Source of the DNA: Parasitella parasitica NRRL 2501 | Taxonomy: Eukaryota; Fungi; Mucoromycota | Assembly (NCBI GenBank): GCA_025201805.1 | Contig: MU619267.1 | Location: 191,250 to 254,968, forward strand | Direction of reading: 5' to 3' | Length of the DNA stretch: 63,719 nucleotides | In this document: piece by piece, positions 63,466-63,719 of the stretch | Numbering within the stretch: the stretch's first letter is position 1 | Layout of the letters: each line of letters starts with the position of its first letter | The notes under the pieces: model-generated | Database searches by the model: none | Told to the model about the DNA's origin: nothing | What the model saw: the letters and a program-made list of their open reading frames with translations, nothing else | Position numbers and translations under genes: made by a program

Positions 63466-63719
63466 TGTTGTGCCAGAAAGGCATGAGATTAAGCAATTAT
63501 TAGATTGCTAATTCTTTGTATACAATGACAAGGAATAAGCTATTAATGTACAGTAGAACATGTAATAAACTTGGTATGTAATACCAAGTTCAATGTTTAA
63601 CCATGATGACAAATAGTGTTACAATAGATATAATCTAGTATAAAAAGATGGCATTTTCTTATCAATAAAGTCATTAGTGTTGTGCCAGGTCTTGAAATTG
63701 AGCACAGCAGGTGATTGTA
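63466..63719 (+). mobile_element. LTR (same family as 58081-58370) with a second LTR-like sequence nested at 63678
   Basis: Near-identical to 58081-58290 until CATTAG, then a new TGTTGTGCCAG terminus begins at 63678 and runs off the window. Confidence 0.8.

Noticed and set aside
1-63719. tRNA, rRNA, CRISPR arrays, U12-type introns
   Set aside because: No convincing cloverleaf, rRNA, repeat-spacer array or RTATCCTT donor at an exon junction was seen by eye. tRNAscan-SE and Infernal would be needed to exclude ncRNAs.

Overview
Fungal genomic DNA, most likely Mucorales (short GT-AG introns, AT-rich spacers, Rab32, Mucorales-type repeats). All protein calls come from manual translation and motif recognition, not database searches. 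A compact block of 21 intact genes, most with short introns, spans about 2.8-54.3 kb: TRAPPC12, METTL16, RIT1, MED31, RRG8-like, DENND11/LCHN, vacuolar subtilisin, ankyrin protein, taspase, FAT1, pacC/RIM101, GPI-type aspartic protease, ILV3, Rab32, MBOAT, Zn2Cys6 TF, HbrB/Bit61, STE20-like kinase, DUF1206 and two membrane proteins, plus a small AIM/LIR-motif protein. Both flanks are transposon graveyards. They share a ~1.5 kb repeat in inverted orientation, each copy interrupted by different solo LTRs, three of which have perfect 5-bp TSDs. The most notable hidden element, almost invisible in the ORF track, is a frameshifted Fanzor1 (eukaryotic TnpB-like RNA-guided nuclease) gene at ~29.74-31.42 kb. 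It retains all three RuvC catalytic motifs, and its 3'/omegaRNA end lies ~330 bp upstream of the pacC start codon. Other hidden relics are intron-retaining pseudogenes of VAMP7 and an MCM1/SRF MADS-box gene, a possible YKT6 relic and the start of a DIRS-like ORF. Six PacC consensus sites cluster upstream of the ankyrin gene.
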